Source: Hydrolagus affinis
Taxonomy: Eukaryota
Assembly: GCA_012026655.1 (NCBI GenBank)
Contig: JAAILG010000748.1
Span: 1 to 64,000, forward strand
Length of the DNA stretch: 64,000 nt
Direction of reading: 5' to 3'
The notes beneath the pieces were generated by a model, which did not search any database, was not told the origin of the DNA, and worked only from the letters and a program-made list of their open reading frames with translations. Both the position numbers and the translations under genes were made by a program. Positions 24,101-59,100 of this stretch are shown in pieces (positions within the stretch are counted from its first letter, which is position 1; each line of letters begins with the position of its first letter).

Positions 24101-25641
24101 GTGAATTCCAAAATCACCATTTCTCAACTTTGGCACCTCCTGATCACATCCTGTGTTAAAAAAGTGCAGCATAATGCAATAGTGATTTTTTTTTAAGCGT
24201 TATCTTAAAGACAAGGTTGATCTGTTCAAATGATAATTAGCCAGTGACGCCAAAACTGGGTGCAACCTCAATGAACAGATAACCAATTCACTTTTTAAAA
24301 CACTTATTTTAGTCACTAAGTGACACTGCACCGCATTTTATAAGCACAAGTGTAACCATAATCTGTTTACTGTGCACATCTCAATTTGGATTGTGTGTTG
24401 AGAATGACAAAACGGGTTACTCATGAAGAAACACTCGCCTTTAAAGGGTAACCAGTGTATTTTACTCCTAACCTCGAAAGCCCTTTTTTTTTAAAAAAAA
24501 AGAAAAAGCAAAGTAATTTACACAAATGACTTTTTACAACAAAGTTCAACCCAATTTTTTTTTAATAGTTTGTTGCATATACAGATGGATCATCCATACA
24601 CACATCAACCAATTACAGTACTTTTGTTTTTTCTGCTCTTAATATTAGAGCTTCATGTTCAGGTCCAATTTTACATGCTTCTATATAGACTTTGTTTACT
24701 GTATTAGTCTCATCAGTGCTTACAACAATTTCACTGTATCCAAATTTCATTTTTAAAGACTTGTAAATAGAGAGCTTAAAAAAGGGCACTGAGGGCATTT
24801 CCATTTCAGCAGCAATGGAATATCATTGACTTTTACAGTCAAAATCCCAATCAAAATCAGAGGTGGTAGCTACAGGCAAGACACCTCTGTCAAAGAGCAC
24901 AATTTTTAAACTTAATGACGCCATTTATATTTAGACCACTTGTCCCTTAAATTTGTAATAGAACAGCAAATAAACTTGCTATTCAATACAGAAGGCTAGA
25001 AGGCTTTCATAATATCAAAGTGCTATTTATGCATTTACAAATACACAACTGCCATTATGTAGTGTTATGATCTGTGTCCGATACTCTACATCTGAATACA
25101 ATCATTTTTAATCCTGGGTGAACAGGAAAATTTGGAGACAATTTTGCAAGTTATCCACGTGCCATGGCATATTTACATTAAAAATGAACTTGAAATGTGG
25201 AAAACCAGACTAATACCAACACTCTTATGGATGTAAACATTGGAGGAGCCTGCTAGCCTAAACTACAGATGTGCTGAAATTGTCCCAGAAGCCAATGATT
25301 TCCTAGCCTGAAATGCAACCAAGAAAAATTTTTTGTCAACATGACATTCCCCCTCGCCTTTCAGGTTCCCATGATACAATAGGTTTGGAGATTTGTTTAC
25401 ACTAGTCTCTCTCTCAGGCCGATGTTCCTCTGAAACCTGTTTTTTCTTTTCCAGAGGGCTCTCATGATCAAAATCCCATTTCTCTGGGCATTTTGTCCAT
25501 TCCACGTACAGTAGTAGGAAGTTGAGTGAATTTTGTGGATGAGAACGGATTTATTTTATTATTTTTTGGAACCACTACTGGAAGGAACAACACAAGCTTT
25601 CACTACAATCAGTCACACAGTACAATGAATCAAAAGCAAAC

Positions 25642-48608
<22,967 letters not shown>

Positions 48609-48879
48609 TGAAAGTTACTGTCGAGGAGACTGGCGCGAGCGCGGGCGGGTATTTTTTTAATTATTATTTATATAGATATTTATATAATCTTTAAAAAAAT
48701 AACACCGACTCTTTCTTTTCTTTCCTTCCTTCCCTCCCTCTCTCTCTCTCTCTCTGTCTGTCTCCCCCCGAAATGAACACGAACAATAAATAAAACTCCC
48801 GGCTCTTCTTCCCGTGAACTCGAGTTACCGAGTCCCGGCCGCTGCGCACATGGAGACGCGCTCGACAGCCGCCGGCGCC

Positions 48880-48889
48880 AAAGGAAGAG
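48880..48889 (-). promoter_or_regulatory. TCT/5'-TOP-like polypyrimidine initiator, probable IPO7 transcription start
   Basis: Minus strand reads CTCTTCCTTT then GGCGCCGG, inside the CpG island about 280 nt upstream of the ATG. Typical of ribosomal-protein and snoRNA-host genes. Confidence 0.65.
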
Positions 48890-48967
48890 CGTCGCGCGGA
48901 GCCCGGATACATCAGCCACCGAGCCCGCCGGCGCTTCCGCTGCCGGCCGCTGTCTTCCCTCCGCACA

Positions 48968-49065
48968 GTGTGCTGGGAAATGTAGTCTCCATTACCCGCC
49001 GCTCCATCGTCGGGCATCCACCCCCCCCACCCTTCCCGGCTCCATGGCATGCAGGGAAATGTAGT
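48968..49065. promoter_or_regulatory. Two ZNF143/THAP11 (SBS, ACTACA-TTCCCA) motifs in the IPO7 promoter
   Basis: GTGTGCTGGGAAATGTAGT at 48968-48986 and GCATGCAGGGAAATGTAGT at 49047-49065, near-consensus to GCATGCTGGGAATTGTAGT. Confidence 0.85.
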
Positions 49066-51951
49066 CCAGGTGCTGGTGTACGCAAGCGCAGACACTCACC
49101 ACTCACTCCGGCTTGACCACAAATACACACACACCGTTTGTGAGAAGGTGTTTGTTGTTGGTCATGAAACTAACTACTGTAATGTGTATTGTTGTTGGCA
49201 ACGTTTTCCTTGTATTTGGAGGGAAGAAGTATGATACTTATGTAGACAGTCCGGTGTGGTTAGAGGTGAGATAGGGAAAGGAAAAGAATTTGTTGTGAAT
49301 CAAACTTTCTTCAGTTTGTCCGTGTATCAGACTGTCAGTATCTGTCAGCGACCAACAACAGCAAAATTACATCTGGAAGCCTTACCCAGAAATACAGTAA
49401 AACCTATTTCCAACACCCATTCATGGGACTGGGGCAAATGGCCTTTATGTAAAGGTCACTTTGGCCCAGGAAGCACCTGTGACATTACCCTAACAATGCA
49501 AGGCGTTGTTGTTGTTGTTGTAAGGGGTGGTTTCCGAGTAAGGCTTTGTGGGTTTGTTGACCGGCCTATACCATTTAAAAATAAATAAATCTGCAAGCCA
49601 AATATTTTCTAGTATAGACTCCTGCTAGATTCCAAGAACCATTACCAATACTACCTTGCTGGTGAGACGGGAAGCTGCGGGCATCATGCGGTCTGTTCAG
49701 CACGGAGTTGGTAAGTGAGCTAGAAGTCTAGTGGGAATCTGCATTTCTAGTATGTACAGTTAAGTTCACTTGGTTGTCTACAGCAGGTGGTTGCTGAATA
49801 AAGATAGTTCCTTAGGTTTGGCTAAAGTCACAGGTTTGGTTCCCTGTCCCTGCTGACAACAACAAAATTACATTTATAGGGCACCTTTCATGTCGGGAGG
49901 GCATGAGCTCATCTGAGACAGCATAGCGGTCCAGGCACAGTAATTGGCTGTAATACCCCCTAAGGGAAGGAAGAAAGAAAATATTGGTGAAAAAGTGCAA
50001 ATTTAAAATCAAACAAGAGTCAAATAGACACCCTCAGGGGACCAGTTAGTAAATTCTGGAGTGAAACTCAGCAGTCCAGACCTCATCCCCTGTCCTCATT
50101 AGCTGATCGCAGTTGGGATAATGTAGCAGGTGTTTCAGTTGGTTACGGCTCAATCCCTTCCTCCAAGGCTTCGGAAAGTAAATCAGCCAGGCTGAAAAAA
50201 AATCAACTCGAACACCATTCTGTGACACCTGCTAGAAAATGTTCTTGTGTAGACATTAGATGAGTTTAGTACTATGATAACCCGAATGATCATAGCGTCT
50301 GCTAACTTCGAATTTGTGGAAAACACTAACTCGATATATATTTAAAAATAGATTTCTGTTGTCCATCCTAAAATATTACAAATATTACAAATTATACAAA
50401 TATTCTGGGCAGTCCACTCACATTCTTTAAAATCACATCCATTGGTGGGTGTGCCAGTGTAACTGACAATAAATATCAGATCTGTTTTTCTTTTCTGCTT
50501 CATATGAAATCTCAGGTACATGTTTGTTTGCACCTTTTATCTTGATGGATAAAAATGCATGAAATGAATAAAAATCCATGTATGGTCCCTCGTCCTGGTG
50601 GAGAGAAAAGGGAAAATTAAGCCAGTGCCGAAATGAAATATATAAAAGCTGCGATAACAAGCAAAGAGCGGGAACGTTTACCTTTAATGTGTGTTGATCT
50701 GAATTCCGAATGAGACAAATGTGTTTAAATCATTTTAAACATTGTGAAAGATCACAACTGATTTGGGATAGTTTTACATTCTTCCTTATCACAATGGGAT
50801 TACATGACTGCCATTGTTACAGATAGCTGCCTGTTTACAAGAGTATGGGGAACATTGCCTTGTCTTGTAGGATAACGGGAGCTAAGGGGGAGAGCCTTGG
50901 CCCTTGCCCCTCACCCTCTGTGACATTTCTATATCTCCAGGTGCCCTCAATGCTTCAATGTCTTCAGCTATTCAATGACCATATCCCCTCTCTGAATTGA
51001 TTTAACTCCACTGTCTTGACAATAGTTCTATTTTATAAGATGCACATCTTTAGTGAGCCATGAGAAGGCCAGTGATGTGATAATACTGTCAGAACAGAGA
51101 GTCATTGCATGAAACTGGTTGAACCGCAGAGAGATCACTTGGCTCCATCTTCAAGTGCTGAAGTTACTGAAGAATGCAGATATAGGGGCAGCAATATAGA
51201 CTACCTTTCTTTTCTAACACTCACGGCTGCATCAACCATTGAAAGCTAAATGAACATTAATTAGTGCTATGTCAAACTTTGTCTTCTCCCACCAGACCAT
51301 CGGAGAAGCCATCATACAATGCTTTATTTTGAATGACATTTTTTTAAAACCGGATCATCCACTGAAAGCTTTTCCTCAAAGCTCTGCTATTCAGATACAG
51401 ATTAGCACCAGTGACACAATACATATCACGAAACACATGGCAGACAGGGATTAACTGCTGGCTGCAAGCTTTTCAAAGAAGACTTTTTGTCAGACAAAAT
51501 GAAAAGGTCGAGCGCAGTAAAATATTGTACTGTACCTGAAAAGAGGATAGAGTATGTTGTGATGGGAGTTTGTAGTATGCAGGACTATGATGTCATGCGG
51601 AAATCTAATTTCCATAAATCCACAGTTCAGTATTCACGTACAACACAGCTTTAAAAAAGCCTTCAAGATATTTTCTTGTTATTGAGAAATATGAACATTT
51701 ATACAGTCCAACACTTAATTGAATGTTTTCCTGTAAGCAGCATTTGTTTCATTACAATCAGCTGCACAGCCTCTCAGCAAGGGCTAGTGGGGAAGGAGTC
51801 AGTATTTCTTGGGCCTGATTGTTGACTCTTGCTGGAAAAGTGAATTTTGGATGAGGGCAATAATACCCTCCTCAGTTGACTGTCCATTTGAATAGCTCCC
51901 TTCACGTTGTTAGGAAGAAGCAACTATGCAAATACTGGCTTTTATTCACTT

Positions 51952-52282
51952 ATAATAATAATAATCCTTGCATTTATATAGTCTTCTAGACAACAACAAC
52001 AACTTTGATTTATATAGCGTCCTCCACGTCAGACGGCATCTAAGAGTGCTTCACAGAATATACTATATAAAGTGAATTGACAGTATATTTGTGGGCAAAA
52101 CGTGGCGGCCAATTACGCACAGCAGTGTTCCACAAACAGTAATGGATTGAAATGACCAATTTTAAAAAAAATTGGAGGGGTTATTAATAGGCGTGTGGAG
52201 TAAGGAAACTTGCCCAAGGTTTCGCCCTGAACTGCCTGGATTTGAACTCAGGTCTCATGCTTGTAAGGCGGGTGCTCCAACC
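51952..52282 (-). mobile_element. Near full-length tRNA-derived SINE
   Basis: Minus strand: A box TAGCTCAGTGG, B box GAGTTCAAATCC, body TGGTCATTTCAATCC...GCTGTGCGTAATTGGC, tail AAATGCAAGG(ATT)n. A short L2 tail is nested near 51990-52040. Confidence 0.85.
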
Positions 52283-52635
52283 ACTGAGCTACAGAACTCA
52301 CTTACAGGTGTTGTTCAAACTAAGTGAAAAGGTCAAGTACATTAAAATTGTATACCTGAAAAGATGCCAGAGTATTTTGCAATGTACGTATGTACTGTAG
52401 TTCTATGATGTAATGGGGGAATTCTGAATTTCATAATACCAGTTTAGTTCAGGAGTCCTTTATTGCAACATAAGTTAGAAAATACAGTAACTACACTTTA
52501 CAATAAATCCTGTGATGGCATTTGAGAGAGTTCGAGATCTCGAGATGTTTTTTTTCAAAGTTTGAAGGCGCTATATCAAATTTCAGGGGATTATTATTCA
52601 AAAATATTGCAGAACTACTCTAATACTGTAATTTG

Positions 52636-52935
52636 TGGAGTCCTGTATCTTAGCGATTAGAGCACTCGCCTTACAAGCAAGAGATTTGTGTTCGTTTCCA
52701 TGCAGGGCGAAACCATAAGCAAGTTTCCTTACTCCACATGCCTAATAATAATCCCTCAAAAACAATAATAAATTGGTCAACAAAACACAAAATACTGCAG
52801 ATGCTGGGAATCTGATTGAAATCGGTCATTTCAATCCACAACTGTTTGTGGGACACTACACTTTATATTCTGTGAAGCGCTTTGAGACGTCTAGAAGACG
52901 TACCATGAGCTATATCAAATGCAAGGATTATTATT
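52636..52935 (+). mobile_element. tRNA-derived SINE, same family, with an internal deletion and a 44-bp insertion
   Basis: GGAGTCCTGTA...AGAGCACTCGCCTTACAAGC...GGGCGAAACC...TTTCCTTACTCCAC...TATATCAAATGCAAGGATTATTATTA. Confidence 0.8.
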
Positions 52936-53145
52936 ACAGTACAGTATTACAAATACAGTGGAGAGAGCAAAATAGCAGTTCCTCCTCCAGCCGACGATGG
53001 CGCTAGATGTCCGCCTCCCCCACTGCCGAGCTGAGAGAGTGTCTCTTGCGCCTTCTGGAGGCTCCTTGTTCTATGAGCGGTGAAAGGTCACGCCGCCCGC
53101 CTGCCCGCCTCCCCGCCTGACTGACTGACTGAGCGGCTCTGGAGA

Positions 53146-56100
53146 ATGGCCAGAAGGAGAGGCGAGGAGGGTCGAGGGGTCTCGGGGCCGCTTCCCAATC
53201 ACACGACCCGGCCTGAGGTAGCCACGGACAACCACAGGGACACGGCACAGAGCGTCACAGGTACGAGAGGACATCGACCCGACCGACCGCGCACCTGGTC
53301 AGAGAGGCGCTTCCAGGCAGTCNNNNNNNNNNNNNNNNNNNNNNNNNNNNNNNNNNNNNNNNNNNNNNNNNNNNNNNNNNNNNNNNNNNNNNNNNNNNNN
53401 NNNNNNNNNNNNNNNNNNNNNNNNNNNNNNNNNNNNNNNNNNNNNNNNNNNNNNNGTGTCCTGTGTCTGTGTGTGTGTATGTGTCCTGTATCAGTGTGTG
53501 TGTCCTGTGTCAGCGTGTTTGTATGTGTCCTATGTCAGCGTGTGTGTCCTGTGTCAGTGTGTGTGTGTGTGTCCTGTGTCAGTGTGTGTGTGTCCTGTGT
53601 CAGTGTGTGTGTGTGTCCTGTGTCAGTGTGTGTGTATCCTGTATCAGTGTGTGTGTCCTGTGTCAGTGTGTGTGTGTCCTGTATCAGTGTGTGTGTCCTG
53701 TGTCAGTGTGTGTGTGTCCTGTATGTGTGTGTGTGTGTGTCCTGTGTCAGCCTGTGTGTCCTGTGTCAGTATGTATGTCCTGTGTCTGTGTGTGTCTGTG
53801 AATCCTGTGTCAGGTGTGTGTGTGTATGTCCTGTGTCTGTGTCCTGTGTCAGCGTGTTTGTCTTCTTGTGTCATTGTGTGTGTCCTGTGTCAGCGTATGT
53901 ATGTCTTCCTGTGACAGCATGCGCGCGTGTGTGTCTTCCTGTGGCAGTATGTATGTATATTCTTGTGCCTGTGAATGTTCACAACTTTGGCTCTGACTGG
54001 GCTCGCTGGTTGGGGGATTCTCGCAGTTCCAGTGACCCCCTGCCTTGTTGGTGAGTATCCTGTCGTTGTTAAAAGGGCCGAAGAAGAAGAGGATAACACT
54101 GGATCTCCTCCCCCACCCGCCCGCTAGCTCACCTACAATGGGTGAGCATGGGGACACTCATCATATTTGGTCACTCACAAGAGAATACTGGTTCCTGGGA
54201 GTCAATAATCTCTCCTTCTACCTGCTATCTCATCTATTCACGGCTCAAATCCTCCAATTTTCTCCCCACCTTTCTTGAAGACTCCTTTGTTTGTTGTACT
54301 TGTGTACAGTTTCATAGGAACCTGATGCCTTTCAGTAACTCGGACAAGTGTTAATTATTCTTGTGTGAGCTTTCACAAAATGTTGGCAGGCTATTTGATG
54401 GGGGTGAGGAAGAGAAACGTCGATTGAGACATCCTATCTTCATTCAGTGCACAAACAGTCTAGCAAAAATTACTAGATAGTGAACCCAGCTGATTTAAAA
54501 CAAAATCTCACACCCTAACCCTTTGTTGCGAATTCTGGGATTATTTACTCCAGTGGTCGAGGATTCAAGTCTCCGACTTGACTTTTAGCCTTTGTGGCGT
54601 CTTCCTACACCTGGTTGAGTTTTTGCCCACTCCGCCATTAGAGAGATTCAGAATTTTTTTTATTCCAGGGAAACATTTGAGTTATTTGACGGGATGACTG
54701 AATTTTTCCACCAGTGATTTTAGTTCTGTATTTTTAGAGGTAAAGCTATTAGAAACAGGGTCAGCCCGGAAGTCTCTCCTCATTCTTCTTTGCGTCTTCC
54801 TGTCTGCTGCTTCAGTTATGTACCTCGTATACATGAATTTCCCAGAGCTGAATGAGTAAGTACTATAACCTTTTACATTTGAAATAAAAACCACAGGTTT
54901 GAAAACATTTCTATTTAATATAAAGAATCTTCTTGAAATGTTAAGTTCCCTGTAATAATTAACTCTGCACAAGTCAAATGGACTTTGAATGTCAAGATCT
55001 GACTGGGAACGTTAGTTATTCTAAATTTCATGACATTAAGAAACGTTGTGAGAGAAAGCTATTACTGTAGAGACATGAGATATGCAATTTTTCATGTGTA
55101 GAATGTAAAATACACTGAATTATGAACATGATGTTTCTGTGCAGTTTGCAACGTACTGTATTGTATTTCAGTTCCACTTAAATTGTATGTTTAATAATAA
55201 TAACAATCCTTTCATTTAATCTGAGAGTGTTTCAAAGCTCTTTTGTGAAATGCAGTGACAGTGTTTTTGTAGGTGAATGCAGCAATTTCTGCACAGCAAT
55301 ATCCCACATGAAGTTAATGACCAATTTATTTGAAGGATTATTGGCCTGAACACCAGGAGAAGTTTCTTACTCTTTTCAAATAGTGCAATGAGATCTTTAA
55401 CAATAAAACAAACAAATAGTAGATTGGAGTAGGAAAGATTGGTTTATTTATGTAGAAAATATAATTATCATTACTGCAGTAAAGTTAATTTCAGAGTCAA
55501 TTAATTATTTGCATAATTCTTGCATTTTAATGCTGATACTTCTTTTGTTTCCTGAATTTGAATTAGAGAGGAGAGAAAGACAATTACGATCCCGAAAAAC
55601 ATGGATGATGCCAAAGCACTGGGAAAGGTTCTTTCCAAATATAAGGACACCTATTATGTTCAAGTATTAGTGGCGTATTTTACTACTTATATCTTGTATC
55701 CTCTTGTATGTGATTAGCACCTGGTTTGAGTAACGTAGGGTGGTCCATCTACCATAATCCATTAACTAGCCTCTTGTGTGAAAGCGTTGTGTATTTTTTA
55801 TCCAATTTGCTATCCAATGTAATAGTTGAGTGCAGGGTTGGAAACAGAGGAAAAACCTATAACTTGTTCATAGCAATGTTGGAGGACTGCTGCTTTGAAT
55901 AACCCTTCAAGGAGAAGGCCAAAACCTTTTCAGTTTCTGGCCTTTGTGGTGTTGCAAAGGCTGGTATAGGTAAATTGACTGTCCTCTTGCCAGACAGTTC
56001 CATATGTTTGTGGGGGGGTGAGTCAATTTGCTTTCAGTAAACTGACAATTGATTCTGTCGTTTCCAGTAACTGATTTGTGATGTGTGTGTGGAACGGGGG

Positions 56101-59100
56101 GTTGGAATGTGAAAAAGAGTTTGCCAATGGTTTCAGAATTATTATTTAAAAGTTGTGATTTAATGATTTCTTAAACTTTTAATCTAGGTTCCCATCGGCT
56201 AATTAATGGATGTTGAAGGATCTGTGGGAATAGATCTGAGTGTTTCATTAAATCCCTAGCTGTTAAATGCTTTTAATTCAAATGCTCCTTAACCTCATTA
56301 TTTCCAGTTTACAAACCTTTGCTATACCAGGCTCCATATTTCTTAGCATCCTCTCAGGATTCCTCTACCCGTTCCCGCTCGCCCTGTTCCTTGTCTGTCT
56401 GGTAAGTTGGCTCGAAAATTTGTCTAATTTGTACATTGTCTATAATTAGCAATGTGTTCTTACTGGGAGGAAAGAATTGGGCTTTCAATTCCCCATGTGC
56501 CAAGAACAACTCCAGTTCCTTTAAATCTGCCTGCTTTCCTGGTTATGATAATAATCCTTGCATTTGATATAGCGCTTTTCACCTCTTCTAGATGTCTCAA
56601 AGCGCTTCACAGAATATACTGTAAAGTAAATTGACTGTACATTTGTGCGAAATGTGGCAGCCAATTGCGCACAGCAATGTCCCATAAACAGTCGTGGATA
56701 GAATGACCAATTTTTATTGTATTTTTTTTGGAGGGATTATTATTAGGCGTGTGGAGTAAGGAAACTTGCTCAAGGTTTCATGCTGACCTGCCTGGATTCG
56801 AACACAGGTCTTACTCTTGTAAGGCGAGTGCTCCAATCACTGAGCTCCCTCCTCAACCTGCAAGGTTCTGTCCTCGAATGGTTCCGGTCCTATCTCTCCC
56901 ACCGCCTTCACTTTGTCTCCTCCAATGGCTTCTTCATCAGCCCCCACACAGTCACATGCAGCGTTCCCCAGGGTTCTGTCCTTGGTCCCCAGCTCTTCAC
57001 CCTCTACACTCTCCCCCTGGGCGACATCATCCGCAGACATGGGGTAAATTTCCACATGTATGTGGATGACACCCAACTCTACCTACCCACGTCAACCCTC
57101 GATTCCAGGACCACTGGCGTTCTGACTGCATGCCTGTCCGACATGGAGTCCTGGATGAGGGGAAATTTCCTACAACTCAACGTCAACAAAACGGAAGCCC
57201 TCTTGATTGGCTCACATCAGCGCCTCCGCACCTCAGGCGCTGACAACATCAGCGTGCAAGGCTGCTCTCTCCACCTCTCAAAGCCAATCAGGAATCTGTG
57301 CATCTTGTTCAACCCCGAACTATCCTTCCTCCCCCACATCCACTCCATTACCGGCATGGCCTTCCATCACCTCTGTAATATTGCCATGCCGCCACTACCT
57401 CACCTCCCCATGCCGCCGAAACCCTTATCCACGCCTTTATCACTTCCAGGCTCTACTATGGGAACTCTCCTCATCGGCCTCCCCAGCTCTTCCCTTCACA
57501 GGCTGCAGATCATGCAGAATTCTGTAGCTCGTGTACTCTCCCGCACCAGGCTTCGCGACCACATCACTCCCACCCTCGCCCGTCTCCACTGGCTCATCGC
57601 ACCCAGAGGATCGAATTCACGATCCTTGTTCTCACTTTCAAGGCCATTCACGGCCTTGCCCCCGCCTATCTCTCTTACCTACTGTCTCCCTACCAGCCCA
57701 CCCGCACCCTCCGTTCAGCAGACTCAGGCCTGCTCCACGTCCATCGCCCTAACTGCCCAACCATCGTCGGCCGGGCTTTCAGCCGCTCTGCTTCCACACT
57801 GTGGAACTCCATCCCGCAGCCCCTCTGCCTTGCTTCCTCCCTTTCCTCCTTCAACGCCGGTCTCAAGACCTTCTTCTTCGACCACGCCTTTGGCTGCCCC
57901 ACTAACTCTTCTCCCTCTCCCCTTTCCCTTCTCCCTATCCTGACCCTGCCCCGTCCCCGCTCGGGTCCCGACCTGACTGTTCAGCGCTTTGGGACGTCCT
58001 CCCGATGTGAAAGGCGCTATATAAGTGCAATTTTGTTGTTGTTGTTGAGCCTCAGGACTCCACGTGCAGAGCAGGATAGACAGGATACCCAATGGCTTTG
58101 AATTCAATGGAAGGAATAGTAATAGAAACACCTGTGAAATACTCTCGCAGCAATATTGTCCACTCATACGGCGTGTTTTTGCTAATGTGGAATAGGAACA
58201 AGTCAGTTCCTCTGTTTACATGTTGGATAGGTAGGGGAAAGTGGGCAACAATAGCTGGGATGAAGGAAAGCTTCACCAAACTAAAAATAGCCAAAATGTC
58301 CATCAGTGCTATTTTTTTCCCCAATACTATATACCTGTGCATTTTATATTGTTCATCAAACTTTGAATGCTGATTTTTTTAGTCTTGTCATTACAGTGTT
58401 CTGGTCTCGGGGCAACCTTCTGTTACATGCTGTCATATCTGGTTGGTCGACCAATTGTCTACAAATATTTGTCAGAGAGAGCAGTGAAATGGTCAGAACA
58501 GGTAAGGCTGCACCCAATCGCTACGATTCTTATAGCAGGGACATACTGTGATAAGCAGAATGAATGTTTGTGCAGTTTTTGAATGCTGAGAAATGTATTG
58601 AGTGATTGCTGCGTTTGTTTATCTGTCAGATTTACTTCACCTTGAATGTCACCCACTAAATAACATTGTGTGTCCTCCACACCTGCTGTGGTTGCCCACC
58701 TTTCCCTCCCACCGTGAACATTTGCTGTTGCTAAAAAGAAATGGTATGGTACTATCAATGCCTGAATGCAATGCAGTGATTTAAAACATTCATATTGTGC
58801 TTGACTTTTTTTAATTCTATGTTTCAGGTTGACAGGCACAGGCAGCATCTTATTAATTATATAATCTTCTTGAGAATAACTCCTTTCCTGCCAAACTGGT
58901 TCATTAACATTACTAGTCCTATAATAAACGTACCTCTGGGAGTCTTTTTCTTTGGCACATTCCTAGGTAAGATACCATTTACAGGAATTTCATGTCATGT
59001 AGTGACTGAATTTATGGGAGGTGGGTAAGAGTGTAAGACTTTGTATTTGTTTAATTATTGCCTGATTTAGAGAAACATTAAAATTCTGTGTTTCTCAGAT

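Noticed and set aside
25263-25505. 80-aa ORF in the IPO7 3' UTR
   Set aside because: Non-ATG start, no recognisable homology, length expected by chance.
52230-52282. tRNA-like sequences with A and B boxes (also near 21040-21165, 36505-36570, 56790-56845)
   Set aside because: They are SINE heads joined to the repeat body, with no complete cloverleaf.
53146-54157. Long Cys/Val-rich ORFs (302 aa and overlapping frames)
   Set aside because: Artefacts of reading through an N gap and a GT minisatellite. Only the first 38 codons are TMEM41B exon 1.
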